From Gammaproteobacteria bacterium (GTDB taxonomy: Bacteria; Pseudomonadota; Gammaproteobacteria; Eutrophobiales; Eutrophobiaceae): 64,000 bases of DNA. Location: contig CAXMWX010000005.1 in the NCBI GenBank assembly GCA_963422205.2, forward strand, positions 480,001 through 544,000. The letters are read 5' to 3'. The position numbers were made by a program, and so were the translations under genes. Each line of letters starts with the position of its first letter. The first letter of the stretch is position 1. The notes under the pieces are model-generated. The model made no database searches. It was not told the DNA's origin and was given only the letters and a program-made list of their open reading frames with translations. Shown here in pieces: positions 1 through 9,950 of the stretch.

Positions 1-1488
1 ATGCGCGAGAAGGAGCGGCTGCTCGACCCCGCTGAACCCTTGCGCTTTATCTTCTCGCACAGCGCGTTGCGCGAGGGGTGGGACAACCCCAATGTGTTTC
101 AGATTTGCACCTTGAACGAGAGCAAGTCGCCCGAGAAGAAGCGCCAGGAAATTGGCCGCGGCCTGCGCCTGGCGGTGGGGCGTGGCGGCGAGCGCGTCCA
201 CGATGAGAGCATCAACCGGCTGACGATTATCGCCAACGAGTCGTATGAGGATTTTGCCCGCACGCTGCAAACAGAGATTGAAGAGGAGTGCGGGGTTGTC
301 TTTGGCATAGTCGATCAAATCGCCTTCGCGCGGCTCGAGCGCCCTTCGCAAGGTGCAGAGGCTTCGGAGGGGGACGCACAGCCGATTGGCCAGGATGCGT
401 CGCGTTCAATTTGGCATTCGCTTGTCGGCAATGGCTACCTGACTGATGAAGGCGAGGTGACCAATACATTTGACCCGCAGAACCCCCACTTTGTCTTGGC
501 CCTGCCTGCCGAGTACGCCGAGTTGCGCCCGCAAGTTGTCGATGCGATCAGCGAGTGCCTGTTCAAAAACCGCGCGGTGGATGTGCGTAAGCGGCGGCGG
601 ATTGCCTACAATAAGCGCGTGCAACTGAGTGACGAGTTCCAGGGGCTGTGGCAGCGCATTAAGCAGCGCACCCGCTACCGCGTGGAATTCAAAACCGAGA
701 CATTGATCGAAGCGGCGCTGCGGCGCATTGCAGAGTCGGCGGAGTTGACGCAAATCCAGCCGCCCCAAATCGTTATGACCCACGTTGCAGTGGAGATTCG
801 CGCGGCGGGCGTGCAGGCTGACAAGATAGTCAAACAGCGTAAGAAAGCTGTGGCCCCGGTGCGGGCGCTGCCCGATCTGCTTGCCTACCTGCAAAAGGAG
901 ACAGAACTGACGCGCAGCACCCTGGGGGCGATACTCACGCGCTCGGGCTCCGAGCAGCTTGGGAAGTTTAGGCTCAATCCGCAAGCCTTTATGACCGCGG
1001 CCAGCCGCGCCATAAGCCGCGCGCTGCATACGCTGATGATTGAGGGCATTCGCTACGAGAAGCTGGCGGGCGAGGTGTGGCAGATGAGCCGCATCGAGGG
1101 GCAGGGTGAAGCAGAATTAACCGCTTATCTCCATAAACTTTACAAAGTCCAGAATAGCGACAAGAGCCTGTTTGATTTTGTCGAGTGCGACTCTGAAGTT
1201 GAGCGCAGGTTCGCCAAGGCGCTCGATGACAATGAAGATGTGAAGCTCTTTATCAAGCTGCCGCGCTGGTTCACCATCGACACGCCAATCGGCCCTTACA
1301 ACCCCGACTGGGCTTTTGTTACCCACCGCGAAGAGCGCCTCTACTTTGTGCGCGAGACCAAGGGCACGCTCGATAGCGATGAACTGCGTGCAAAGGAAAG
1401 TGAGAAGATCAAGTGCGGCGAGAAGCACTTTAAGGAGCTGGGGGTCAATTTTGCCCAGGTCACCAAGCTGGATGAGGTGGTGATGTGA
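1..1488 (+). CDS. res: Type III restriction-modification endonuclease (Res subunit), C-terminal part, 5' truncated by window edge
   Basis: Helicase C-terminal motifs FIFSHSALREGWDNPNVFQIC and QEIGRGLRL; C-terminal PD-(D/E)xK nuclease YNPDWA...YFVRETKG. Confidence 0.9.
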   Translation: MREKERLLDPAEPLRFIFSHSALREGWDNPNVFQICTLNESKSPEKKRQEIGRGLRLAVGRGGERVHDESINRLTIIANESYEDFARTLQTEIEEECGVVFGIVDQIAFARLERPSQGAEASEGDAQPIGQDASRSIWHSLVGNGYLTDEGEVTNTFDPQNPHFVLALPAEYAELRPQVVDAISECLFKNRAVDVRKRRRIAYNKRVQLSDEFQGLWQRIKQRTRYRVEFKTETLIEAALRRIAESAELTQIQPPQIVMTHVAVEIRAAGVQADKIVKQRKKAVAPVRALPDLLAYLQKETELTRSTLGAILTRSGSEQLGKFRLNPQAFMTAASRAISRALHTLMIEGIRYEKLAGEVWQMSRIEGQGEAELTAYLHKLYKVQNSDKSLFDFVECDSEVERRFAKALDDNEDVKLFIKLPRWFTIDTPIGPYNPDWAFVTHREERLYFVRETKGTLDSDELRAKESEKIKCGEKHFKELGVNFAQVTKLDEVVM

Positions 1489-1602
1489 GCGGCGTTTGCA
1501 AAGACAAACTGCCAGCAGGCGGAGTTAAGGTATTAACCGGCTAACCACCAGACAGGATACATATCCCGGCGGCCCGGGTGTTTACCTGACGTTTATTTAC
1601 CT

Positions 1603-1902
1603 TTACTTAATTCTTATATCCTCATAACCACCGTCATTAATCACTTGCCTGTAGCCTGATTTCTGCAAGGCTTTTTTGGCGATGCCGGCACGATGCCCTG
1701 AACCGCAATAGAGGCGGATACGGGTATTTTTGTCAAGGCCAAGTTTTTCTATTTCACTGGCGATGCGTTCATGCGGGATATTGATCGCATTTTTAATGTG
1801 GCCTGCCTTGTACTCGGCCGGGGTTCTGACATCTATCCATACATCCGCCGCCATCGCCGGGAAGGCAAGCAGTAGGGGCAATAACAACAGCATGAATCGC
1901 AT
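1603..1902 (-). CDS. Exported single-domain rhodanese (PspE-like sulfurtransferase)
   Basis: Signal peptide MRFMLLLLPLLLAFPAMA, then WIDVRTPAEYKAGHI and active-site LYCGSGHRA; start re-called at 1902. Confidence 0.85.
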   Translation of the reverse strand: MRFMLLLLPLLLAFPAMAADVWIDVRTPAEYKAGHIKNAINIPHERIASEIEKLGLDKNTRIRLYCGSGHRAGIAKKALQKSGYRQVINDGGYEDIRIK

Positions 1903-2094
1903 CAGACAAACCCGTATAAAACACACAGGCGGATTGTCGTATAACTCAGCACCGTTGGCAACCACCTTGAAAAACGGCCGGGCCGGTGGTTGTCCCTTGA
2001 GGATGAATACTGACCGCACCGGATTAATTAAGGGGAAGTGTAATAGAACCAGCAATCTTTACCGAAAGCATAACAGCAAGCGCATACGCTGACA

Positions 2095-2447
2095 GACCAG
2101 AGGATCAGGCTGTGTACCCCGCGGCAGCGCAAAGAATGGTCTTTGTGCGTAATTTTGGTTGTGTACGCTGGACGTATAACAATGCGCTCGCCTACTGCAA
2201 AGCGCAGTACGAGGCGCATGAAAAATACCCCGGTCACTTTGATTTAACCAAGCGGTTGAAAGGCTTGAAACAGGCGAAGGCGGGGCAATGGAATCCAACC
2301 AGCACAACCTGTTCGGAGTGCGGGGTACGGGCGGGGCTTGCGCTTGCCGAGCACAGATGGACGTGTACCTGTGGTGCAACGCATGACCGGGACATAAACG
2401 CCGCCCGCAATATCGCAAAGTTCGCCCTTGACCTGGGCGCTAAGTAG
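2095..2447 (+). pseudogene. tnpB: Internally deleted IS200/IS605-family tnpB remnant
   Basis: TnpB N-terminus (RIRL/YP..Q...FGCVRWTYNNAL, with a frameshift before YP) joined directly to the C-terminal Zn finger and last RuvC motif (PTSTTCSECG...WTCTCGATHDRDINAARNI); the central region is absent. Confidence 0.85.
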
Positions 2448-2473
2448 CAGCAAAGTGTTCTGTCTTCCGTCCT

Positions 2474-2489
2474 CTGCTGCCCGCAGCAG
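2474..2489. other. Perfect GC hairpin between convergent genes (IS right-end hairpin or bidirectional terminator)
   Basis: CTGCTG-cccg-CAGCAG, followed by TCAC at 2496-2499. Confidence 0.35.
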
Positions 2490-2495
2490 GGTCGA

Positions 2496-2966
2496 TCACC
2501 GATAGCTGGCGGCGGTGATGAACTCGGAAAACGCCTCGCACCAAATAATGGCCGCCTTATAGTCAGCAGGGTTGATGGATTCCGGCACGGCAATAAGAAA
2601 ATTCTCGAATGTCTTGATATCGCCCACCAGGGCCATGCTCGGCTTCAGCTCGATAAATTCCGCTTCGGTCTCGACAAATGCCGGCGATAAGTACAGCTTG
2701 TAATCCGGCCCGGGCGAGACCTCGCCTTGCAGGGAAATAAACTGACGGCCTACTGACAGCGTGCCTTCGCCCCAGTGCAGAAAATCGCTGCCTGCAAGAT
2801 CCGGGCTGAACTCGGCGGTAAACTCTGCCTGGCCGGCGATGTTCTGCACGGCGGTGTTTGACGGGGCGGGGGGTGCGGTGAGGATCGGCAGCAGATACAC
2901 GCCAGCGAAGAACCCCACAGCAAGGCATGTACCATGCGTCATCAACGACAGAATAATTATCTTCAT
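2496..2966 (-). CDS. DM13 domain protein with N-terminal membrane anchor
   Basis: GFFAGVYLLPIL anchor; SDFLHWGEG, PGPDYKLYL and IIWCEAFSEFITAA motifs. Confidence 0.85.
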   Translation of the reverse strand: MKIIILSLMTHGTCLAVGFFAGVYLLPILTAPPAPSNTAVQNIAGQAEFTAEFSPDLAGSDFLHWGEGTLSVGRQFISLQGEVSPGPDYKLYLSPAFVETEAEFIELKPSMALVGDIKTFENFLIAVPESINPADYKAAIIWCEAFSEFITAASYR

Positions 2967-3160
2967 GATGTGTTGCTCGTCAATGTTGCCAAGCGGCTGT
3001 AGCTAAGCAGATACGACTGTTAAAATCCCAAAAAGTTTTGCTTAACGTTTTGATCGCTGACAACCTTGCCCCGCCTGTTTAGCCGTCCTGCTGTGTTTCC
3101 CGACCGCCATGTCTGCCGCCAGCGAAATACACTGCCACAAAGATGAAGGCTTCACCCGGC

Positions 3161-3916
3161 TTACACCCCTCGCCCGTTGCCGAACAAACGCAGGTGCAGG
3201 CGATCAGAGAACCTGAAACCCTGCTGAAGCGCCCAAAGCCCCACCCGGGTTTGCATGTCATTTAACTGTGCCAGCGAGTCGGCCGCCGGCATGAGATACA
3301 CCCTGGAGTCGGCTATCTCATATTGCCGGGTTAAATCACGCAGCTCCTGCATATCGGCCTCGGTGCTGACAACAAACTTAAAATACGCCTTGTCAGACCG
3401 GGCGAACCAGCCAAGTACATCAGGGCGGATTCTTTTCTCAACCGGCACATTGGCGTTTGCCAGTTTCGGCGAGACCACATAACACGAGATAAAACGATCC
3501 AGCCCGGCGACCGGGCAGATCGTCCCATTGGTCTCCACATCAATCCGACAGGACTCATCTGCGTGAAACAATAATGCCAGCAATGATCGCAAGCGCTTTT
3601 GCTGCACCAGCGGCTCACCGCCGGATATCACCAGATTGCTGCCAGGCAAGGCTTTGATGGCGGCCAGCAAGGTGGCGTGATCAAGCTGCTGTTGTTCTTC
3701 ATGCGGCACATATTTATGCGGGCGCTGGTGCTGATAGGGGGTATGCTGCCAGTTCCATGTATACGGCGTGTCACACCACTGGCAATAGAGGTTGCATTCA
3801 GACAGCCGGATAAAAATACTCGGTCGACCGGTATGCGGGCCTTCGCCCTGGAGGGAATAGAAAACTTCCGGCTGTTTGTTCTCATCCAGTGCGATGTTGA
3901 CAGACGATGCGGACAT
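3161..3916 (-). CDS. queE: 7-carboxy-7-deazaguanine synthase QueE-like radical SAM protein
   Basis: EVFYSLQGEG, CNLYCQWCDT (CxxxCxxC), ISGGEP, VETNGT, VSPKL, RLH motifs. Confidence 0.85.
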   Translation of the reverse strand: MSASSVNIALDENKQPEVFYSLQGEGPHTGRPSIFIRLSECNLYCQWCDTPYTWNWQHTPYQHQRPHKYVPHEEQQQLDHATLLAAIKALPGSNLVISGGEPLVQQKRLRSLLALLFHADESCRIDVETNGTICPVAGLDRFISCYVVSPKLANANVPVEKRIRPDVLGWFARSDKAYFKFVVSTEADMQELRDLTRQYEIADSRVYLMPAADSLAQLNDMQTRVGLWALQQGFRFSDRLHLRLFGNGRGV

Positions 3917-3997
3917 GGCGGCAGTATGCCGTACAGGGGCAGGAATGAATAGCGCTTGTTATCGGATAGCCCGGCACCCGGATTTGCCTCCGGCGGC

Positions 3998-6736
3998 TTA
4001 ACCCGTCCAGCCCAGCCCGGCGGACACGCAGTTGATCGAGAGTAACAAAGGAATCAGATCGTCTTGTTTTCCGGTCTCTCTGAAACGCCGCACCAGGGTC
4101 ACCTGTACCCGCCCGATCTCATGTAAAACACCGGCACGCCGGGCATATCGTCGATAAAAACGCTTGAAACGCCGGGCCAGCTCCTGATCGCCTGTGATGG
4201 CAAGGATGGCGGCCTTCGAGCGCTCATACTCAGCCAGTATCATGCACAGGACATCATCCCGTGCTGCTTTTGCGGCCAGCCCGGCATAGGCCTGCACCAC
4301 GGCAATATCCACACACGCCAGGGATTTTTCCGCCTCATCAATGATCAGCCGGAACAGGCGGTTATGCTCAAACAGCTCGGCAATCAGCGCCCTGCCCGGC
4401 TCGCCCCTGACCTTGATAAAGCTCTCTATGGCCGATCCCAGGCCGTACCAGGCCGGCACATGATGGCGATTCTGGGTCCAGGCAAACACCCAGGGAATTG
4501 CCCGCAGATCAGCCAGGGTTCTGGCACCAAAACGGCGGGCGGGTCGGGAGCCGATCTTCATTCTGGCCAACTCTTCCACCGGGCTGGCCGCATTGTAGTA
4601 ATGCAGCAGCCCGGCAAGCCCGGCAAACTGTCGATAGGCAGTATAGGCCAGGCTCGATAGGGCATCGAGGGCCTGCTCGTGTTCAGGTGTGATCCTTAAT
4701 GCGGCCTCATCCAGCGACTTGATGGTGTGTTCCAGCACGCTGGCCGCCAGCAGCTCCATTTGATACTGCGCGCTGCCGTGGTTGGCATACTTCGAAGAGA
4801 CGACCTCGCCCTGTTCGGTAAGGCGTAACCTGCCATTGACCGAGCCGGCCGGCTGGGCGGCAATCGCCCGACCGGTAGGCGCACCGCCCCGGCTGACCGA
4901 GCCCCCCCGACCATGAAAAAATACGATCGGTATCTTCGTCTGTTTGCTCACCTTGATGAGCTTCGCCTGTGCGCGCGATAACTCATAATTGGCGGTAAAA
5001 AAGCCGCCGTCCTTATTCGAATCCGAGTAGCCAATCATCACCTCCTGCACACCGTCCTGCTCCTTCAGCGAACGCCTGACCAGGGGAGTGTTGAGCAAGG
5101 CCAGCATGATCCGGGGGGCAGCACGCAGATCATCAATCGTCTCAAACAAGGGGATGATGGGTAAGCTGCATCGCTCAATCGCATCGGTGTCTGTGAACAG
5201 GCCGGCATATTTTGCCAGCAGATACACGCCCAGCACATCATATTCTGTGCGTGTCATGCTCAGGACAAACCCGCCAAAACTGTCTTTGCCCAGGCTCTTT
5301 TGACAATCGGCGATCAACAGCAACAAGCCCATCGTCGATGCCGCCTGCTTATCTTTCAGTGGCAGATGCGGTGGTTGTTGCCGGGGGGTGGTCAATTCAG
5401 CGTGCAGCCATTGCCGCCATTGCTCGCTCTGCTCATCCGGTGCCGGCGCGCCGTTATGCTGGTATTGCCAAATCGCCCGCAGGGTGTGATTGATGAGGGT
5501 GCTGTTCTCGCGTAAATCCAGCCTGACTGTGCAAAAACGAAACACCTCGGCCGCCCGATGCAGCGGTTGCACGTGGGCCTCGGCCAGTGCGGTGCAATCG
5601 GCGGCCATCAATGCCTGCCCCATCAGATCAAGATCATGAATAAACTCATCGGCACTCTTGTAAGCTGCACGGCTGACTGTTGATTTTTTCTCGGTTGCCT
5701 TTAAGCGCTCTTTGAGACACATCCCGTACTGCCGGAAAATCTCCCCGGGGTTGCGCTTTTGTATCCGGGCGGGGCGGCTGCTGTTTGCCAGCAATTCCTG
5801 AAGCCGCCGCATAAAAGATGCCGGCAAGGTGACGGCATGATCGGAGATACTTAATTGCTTGATCAGCACCTCCAGTCGCTGCTGATAATAGGTCAGCGCC
5901 CGGTTCCGGTTGGCGATTAAGGCATCACGGGTCACGGTATTGGTGACAAACGGATTGCCGTCCCGATCACCGCCTATCCATGAGCCAAAACGAAAAAAAT
6001 TCGGCAGCTTGAATTGCGTGTTCGGATACACCGTTGCCAGCGCCCAGGCCATTTTATCGAGCATCTCCGGCACCCGGTCAAACAGGGTCTGCTCAAAAAA
6101 GTGCAGCCCCCAGCGCACTTCATCGGCCACCGTGGGTTTATCCAGACGCAACTCTCCGGTCAGCCATAACAGATCGATCTCATTTCTTAATTGCCGGGTC
6201 AGCGCATCACGCTCCCTCGGCGTCCAGCGAGTGGCCTCCAGACGATACAAGAGGATATAGATGCGCCGGTGGATTTGTAATACGGTGATCCGCTTCGCCT
6301 CTGTTGGGTGGGCGGTTATCGTTGGCACAACACACAGCCGATCAAGCTGTTGTTGTATCTCATCTGCGGTCAGGCCCTTATCTTTTGCCTGTTGCAGGAC
6401 ATGGGCAAAGGTGCCTGGCACATGTGCGGGGCCTTGAGTCTTCTCAGTCACACGGCGCCGGCGCATGGCCGTGTTCTCCTCGGCGATATTCAGCAGTTGA
6501 AACCAAATCCCCCATGCCTGCAAGGCCGCCAGTAGCTGCTCTGTATTCTCATTGGTCAATGCCGTTTCACCGGTGAATACCGGCAGGATATCGGGCTGGC
6601 GTTGCGTGATCACCGCCACAAGCTCATCATGCAGCAAGGCCAGCAGGCCATCGGCATAATGGGCGGCGGCCTGGTCAACCTCGGCAGCGGCAAGCCGCTC
6701 TGGAAACTCAAAAGCCGATTGTGTTGTGCTGTCCAC
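3998..6736 (-). CDS. ppc: Phosphoenolpyruvate carboxylase
   Basis: TAHPTE, SWIGGDRDGNP, QEVMIGYSDSNKDGG, FHGRGGSVSRGG, LRAIPWVFAWTQNR; GTG start at 6736 chosen to avoid overlap with hpr. Confidence 0.95.
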   Translation of the reverse strand: MDSTTQSAFEFPERLAAAEVDQAAAHYADGLLALLHDELVAVITQRQPDILPVFTGETALTNENTEQLLAALQAWGIWFQLLNIAEENTAMRRRRVTEKTQGPAHVPGTFAHVLQQAKDKGLTADEIQQQLDRLCVVPTITAHPTEAKRITVLQIHRRIYILLYRLEATRWTPRERDALTRQLRNEIDLLWLTGELRLDKPTVADEVRWGLHFFEQTLFDRVPEMLDKMAWALATVYPNTQFKLPNFFRFGSWIGGDRDGNPFVTNTVTRDALIANRNRALTYYQQRLEVLIKQLSISDHAVTLPASFMRRLQELLANSSRPARIQKRNPGEIFRQYGMCLKERLKATEKKSTVSRAAYKSADEFIHDLDLMGQALMAADCTALAEAHVQPLHRAAEVFRFCTVRLDLRENSTLINHTLRAIWQYQHNGAPAPDEQSEQWRQWLHAELTTPRQQPPHLPLKDKQAASTMGLLLLIADCQKSLGKDSFGGFVLSMTRTEYDVLGVYLLAKYAGLFTDTDAIERCSLPIIPLFETIDDLRAAPRIMLALLNTPLVRRSLKEQDGVQEVMIGYSDSNKDGGFFTANYELSRAQAKLIKVSKQTKIPIVFFHGRGGSVSRGGAPTGRAIAAQPAGSVNGRLRLTEQGEVVSSKYANHGSAQYQMELLAASVLEHTIKSLDEAALRITPEHEQALDALSSLAYTAYRQFAGLAGLLHYYNAASPVEELARMKIGSRPARRFGARTLADLRAIPWVFAWTQNRHHVPAWYGLGSAIESFIKVRGEPGRALIAELFEHNRLFRLIIDEAEKSLACVDIAVVQAYAGLAAKAARDDVLCMILAEYERSKAAILAITGDQELARRFKRFYRRYARRAGVLHEIGRVQVTLVRRFRETGKQDDLIPLLLSINCVSAGLGWTG

Positions 6737-6752
6737 CAGGGCCGAAGATAAC

Positions 6753-7724
6753 TTACACCACGCCGTCCCTGACCGGCTCACCGGCGAAAAACAAGCGCAG
6801 ATTCTCCAGCACACGCATCCCCATCGCCACCCGGGTCTCGGTGGTGGCACTGCCAAGGTGCGGCAGCAACACCACATTATCCATCGCTAAAAAAGCAGCC
6901 GGCACATTGGGCTCACCCTCAAACACATCCAGTCCGGCACCGGCAATGGTGCCGTTGTTCAGCGCCTCGATCAGGGCCTCAGTATCAACCACATCCCCCC
7001 GTGCGCTGTTGATAAGGCAGGCAGAGTCTCTCATCAATGCCAGCCGCTCCCGGTTGATCAGATGCCGGGTTGCCGCACCGCCCGGACAATGCAGAGAAAC
7101 AAAATCCGCCTCTGCCAGCACGGCCTCAACGGATGGGTGCGCTTCGGCTTGCAGGTCATCGATAAGCGGCGCTGGCGGCGGGTGAGGATCGGTGAAGATG
7201 ATCCGCATCCCAAAGCCATGATGCGCCTTGTGTGCCATCGCTCGGGCAATCCGGCCCATGCCGATCAAACCCAGCGTCTTGCCGGTCACTTTGGTGCCCA
7301 GCATGTGAGTCGGACGCCAGCCAGTCCACGCCTTCTGCCGGACATGACGCTCGCCCTCGCCGGCACGACGGGCGGTCATCAGCAACAGGGTCATGGCGAT
7401 ATCGGCTGTGCAGTCGGTCAATACCTCAGGCGTGTTGGTAACGATCAGCCCGGCCGCCCTGGCAGCATCCAGATCAATGTGATTAAACCCGACGCCATAG
7501 CTGGCGATGATCTTCACCGTTGCCTCACTCACGTTGAGAATATCAGCGCTGATATCATCTGAGACTGTCGGACAAAGCGCATCGGCAGAGCGCATCGCCT
7601 GCTGCATCTGCGCTGTGGTCATGGGGACATCAGCCGCATTAAGCTGTACCTCAAACTGCTCTTTCAACCTGGCTTCGACCTGCCCTGGCCACTTGCGCGT
7701 CACCACCACCTTGGGTTTACTCAT
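6753..7724 (-). CDS. D-glycerate dehydrogenase / hydroxypyruvate reductase (D-2-hydroxyacid dehydrogenase family)
   Basis: GVGFNHID, TNTPEVL, GLIGMGRI, INSARG, GLDVFEGEP, LPHLGSAT; serine-cycle context. Confidence 0.88.
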   Translation of the reverse strand: MSKPKVVVTRKWPGQVEARLKEQFEVQLNAADVPMTTAQMQQAMRSADALCPTVSDDISADILNVSEATVKIIASYGVGFNHIDLDAARAAGLIVTNTPEVLTDCTADIAMTLLLMTARRAGEGERHVRQKAWTGWRPTHMLGTKVTGKTLGLIGMGRIARAMAHKAHHGFGMRIIFTDPHPPPAPLIDDLQAEAHPSVEAVLAEADFVSLHCPGGAATRHLINRERLALMRDSACLINSARGDVVDTEALIEALNNGTIAGAGLDVFEGEPNVPAAFLAMDNVVLLPHLGSATTETRVAMGMRVLENLRLFFAGEPVRDGVV

Positions 7725-7822
7725 ATCTTGTTACTCCGCCTCTCTCATTAACCGGATAAAGTTACCGCACGTGCAGGCATGGATTTAAGGACGCACCGAC
7801 AAGACACACCCCGGCCAGCCAG

Positions 7823-8719
7823 TTATCTTCCCGCCGCCCTCTCCAACATGCGTGTTACTGCATCGGCAAACTCTGATGGGCTGGGTACAACAGCCACCCC
7901 GCACTCCTGCAAAATTTCCACCTTCTCGGCCGCACTCTCACCAAAGGCAGAGATAATCGCCCCGGCATGGCCCATCCGGCGGCCCTTGGGTGCGGTCAGC
8001 CCGGCGATATAGCCCAGCACGGGCGTCTGCATGTTGTCCTGGTAGAATTTTGCCGCTTCAGCCTCTTGCGAGCCACCGATCTCCCCAATCATGATCACCG
8101 CATGGGTCTCAGGGTCTGCCTCAAAGCGTACCAGGTGATCCTTGAACGAGGAGCCATTGATCGGATCGCCGCCGATCCCGACGCTGGTTGAAACACCGAT
8201 CCCCACGGCCTGTAACTGCGATGCCGCCTCATAGCCCAGGGTGCCTGAACGACCGATGATGCCGACATGGCCGGGCAGGTAAATGTGTCCGGGCATGATG
8301 CCCATCATCGCCTTGCCCGGGCTGATCGTGCCAGCACAGTTCGGGCCGGTTAATACCATCTTCTCATCTGCCCGATAGCGGCGCATGTAGCGCTTGACCC
8401 GGATCATGTCATGGGCGGGAATCCCATCGGTGATACAGACGCAGTATTTAATGCCGGCATCGGCGGCCTCCATGATGCCGTCAGCGGCAAACGGGGGCGG
8501 TATAAAGATCACGCTGGCGCTGGCGCCAGTTGCATCGACCGCCGCCTTCATCGTATCAAACACCGGACGCCCCAGATGGGTCGTGCCGCCTTTGCCCGGC
8601 GTGACACCGCCGACAACCTGCGTGCCATAGCGGATCATCTCCTCGGCATGGAAGGAGCCGATCTGCCCGGTGAAGCCCTGTATCAGCACGCGGGTCTCTT
8701 CATGTAATAAAATCGCCAT
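7823..8719 (-). CDS. mtkB: Malate-CoA ligase (malate thiokinase) alpha subunit
   Basis: SucD fold (QGFTG, GGVTPGKGG, GPNCAG, RMGHAGA phospho-His); adjacent to mtkA and mcl. Confidence 0.85.
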   Translation of the reverse strand: MAILLHEETRVLIQGFTGQIGSFHAEEMIRYGTQVVGGVTPGKGGTTHLGRPVFDTMKAAVDATGASASVIFIPPPFAADGIMEAADAGIKYCVCITDGIPAHDMIRVKRYMRRYRADEKMVLTGPNCAGTISPGKAMMGIMPGHIYLPGHVGIIGRSGTLGYEAASQLQAVGIGVSTSVGIGGDPINGSSFKDHLVRFEADPETHAVIMIGEIGGSQEAEAAKFYQDNMQTPVLGYIAGLTAPKGRRMGHAGAIISAFGESAAEKVEILQECGVAVVPSPSEFADAVTRMLERAAGR

Positions 8720-8730
8720 CTGTCTCTCTC

Positions 8731-9912
8731 CTATCCGCAATCTGCGGTATAGCTGCGCCAAGCGGCAACGGCCTTCTCTGCCGCCTCACGCAAGGTGGCC
8801 GCGGTGATAATCGGCAAACCGCTTTGCCGGATGATCTCCCGACCCGCATCAACATGGGTGCCGGCCAGCCTGACCACCAGCGGCAAATCGAGATCAAGCT
8901 GCTTGACGGCCTGGGTAATGCCCTCGGCCACCCAGTCACACCGATTGATGCCGGCAAAGATATTCACCAGCATGGTCTTGACCCGCTCATCAGATAACAC
9001 CAGATGAAACGCCTTGGCCACCCGCTCTGGAGAAGCACCGCCGCCGATGTCAAGAAAATTGGCCGGTTCGCCGCCCGCCTGTTTGATCATATCCATGGTC
9101 GCCATCGCCAGACCGGCACCGTTAATGATGCAGCCGATACCGCCATCAAGACCGACATAGCTCAAGCCGCGATCAGCCGCCTTCATTTCTCTGGCATCTT
9201 CCTGGGATTTATCACGCAGCTCGGAAATACCCGGACGGCGAAACAGGGCATTATCATCAAACGCCATCTTCGCATCCAGCGCCAGCAGATGATCATCCGC
9301 TGTCACGACCAGGGGATTGATCTCTACCATGGTGGCATCCAGATCACGAAAAGCGCGGTAGCAGCCCAGCAATGCGGTCACCGCCTGGCTGATCAAGGTC
9401 TTGCTGATACCCAGCTTGAATGCTATCTCCCGAGCCTGGAAGGGCTGCATACCCACGGCCGGCTCTACCGCAACCCGAATGATGGATTCAGGTTTCTCCA
9501 CGGCTATCTGCTCGATCTCCATGCCGCCCTCCGGCGAGGCCACCACGGCGATGCGCTCCTGCTCCCGGTCCAGCACAAAACCGATGTAATACTCCCGGGC
9601 AATATCACTGGCCGCCTCAACATACAGGCGATGCACCACCTTGCCGGCCGCACCGGTCTGGTGGGTGACCAGACGCCTGCCCAGCAGGCTGTCGGCCGCC
9701 TGCCAGATCGCCTCATCATCGCTGCACACTTTAATGCCACCGGCCTGACCTCTGGCACCGGAATGTATCTGTGCCTTGACCACCCAGCGCTCGCCACCTA
9801 TCTCCTGGGTTCTGTACACCGCCTGCTCCGGGCTATAGGCCAACCCGCCCCTCGGGATCGGCACCCCGAAATCCGCCAGGATTTCTTTTGCCTGATACTC
9901 ATGTATGTCCAT
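8731..9912 (-). CDS. mtkA: Malate-CoA ligase (malate thiokinase) beta subunit
   Basis: [10 protein letters not shown] start; [12 protein letters not shown] and FQAREIAF as in Methylobacterium MtkA rather than SucC (GGIVRCD). Confidence 0.9.
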   Translation of the reverse strand: MDIHEYQAKEILADFGVPIPRGGLAYSPEQAVYRTQEIGGERWVVKAQIHSGARGQAGGIKVCSDDEAIWQAADSLLGRRLVTHQTGAAGKVVHRLYVEAASDIAREYYIGFVLDREQERIAVVASPEGGMEIEQIAVEKPESIIRVAVEPAVGMQPFQAREIAFKLGISKTLISQAVTALLGCYRAFRDLDATMVEINPLVVTADDHLLALDAKMAFDDNALFRRPGISELRDKSQEDAREMKAADRGLSYVGLDGGIGCIINGAGLAMATMDMIKQAGGEPANFLDIGGGASPERVAKAFHLVLSDERVKTMLVNIFAGINRCDWVAEGITQAVKQLDLDLPLVVRLAGTHVDAGREIIRQSGLPIITAATLREAAEKAVAAWRSYTADCG

Positions 9913-9950
9913 CGTCACCTACCTCAATCGTGTCATGCGTAAATCAATCA

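Noticed and set aside
7823-9912. Calling the CoA-ligase pair sucCD
   Set aside because: [10 protein letters not shown] signature and position between mcl and hpr fit malate thiokinase; no sucAB nearby
9004-9942. Long antisense ORFs (e.g. 9004-9942, 42906-43673, 46257-47093, 59465-60412)
   Set aside because: Shadows of well-supported genes on the opposite strand in GC-rich DNA; no recognisable motifs
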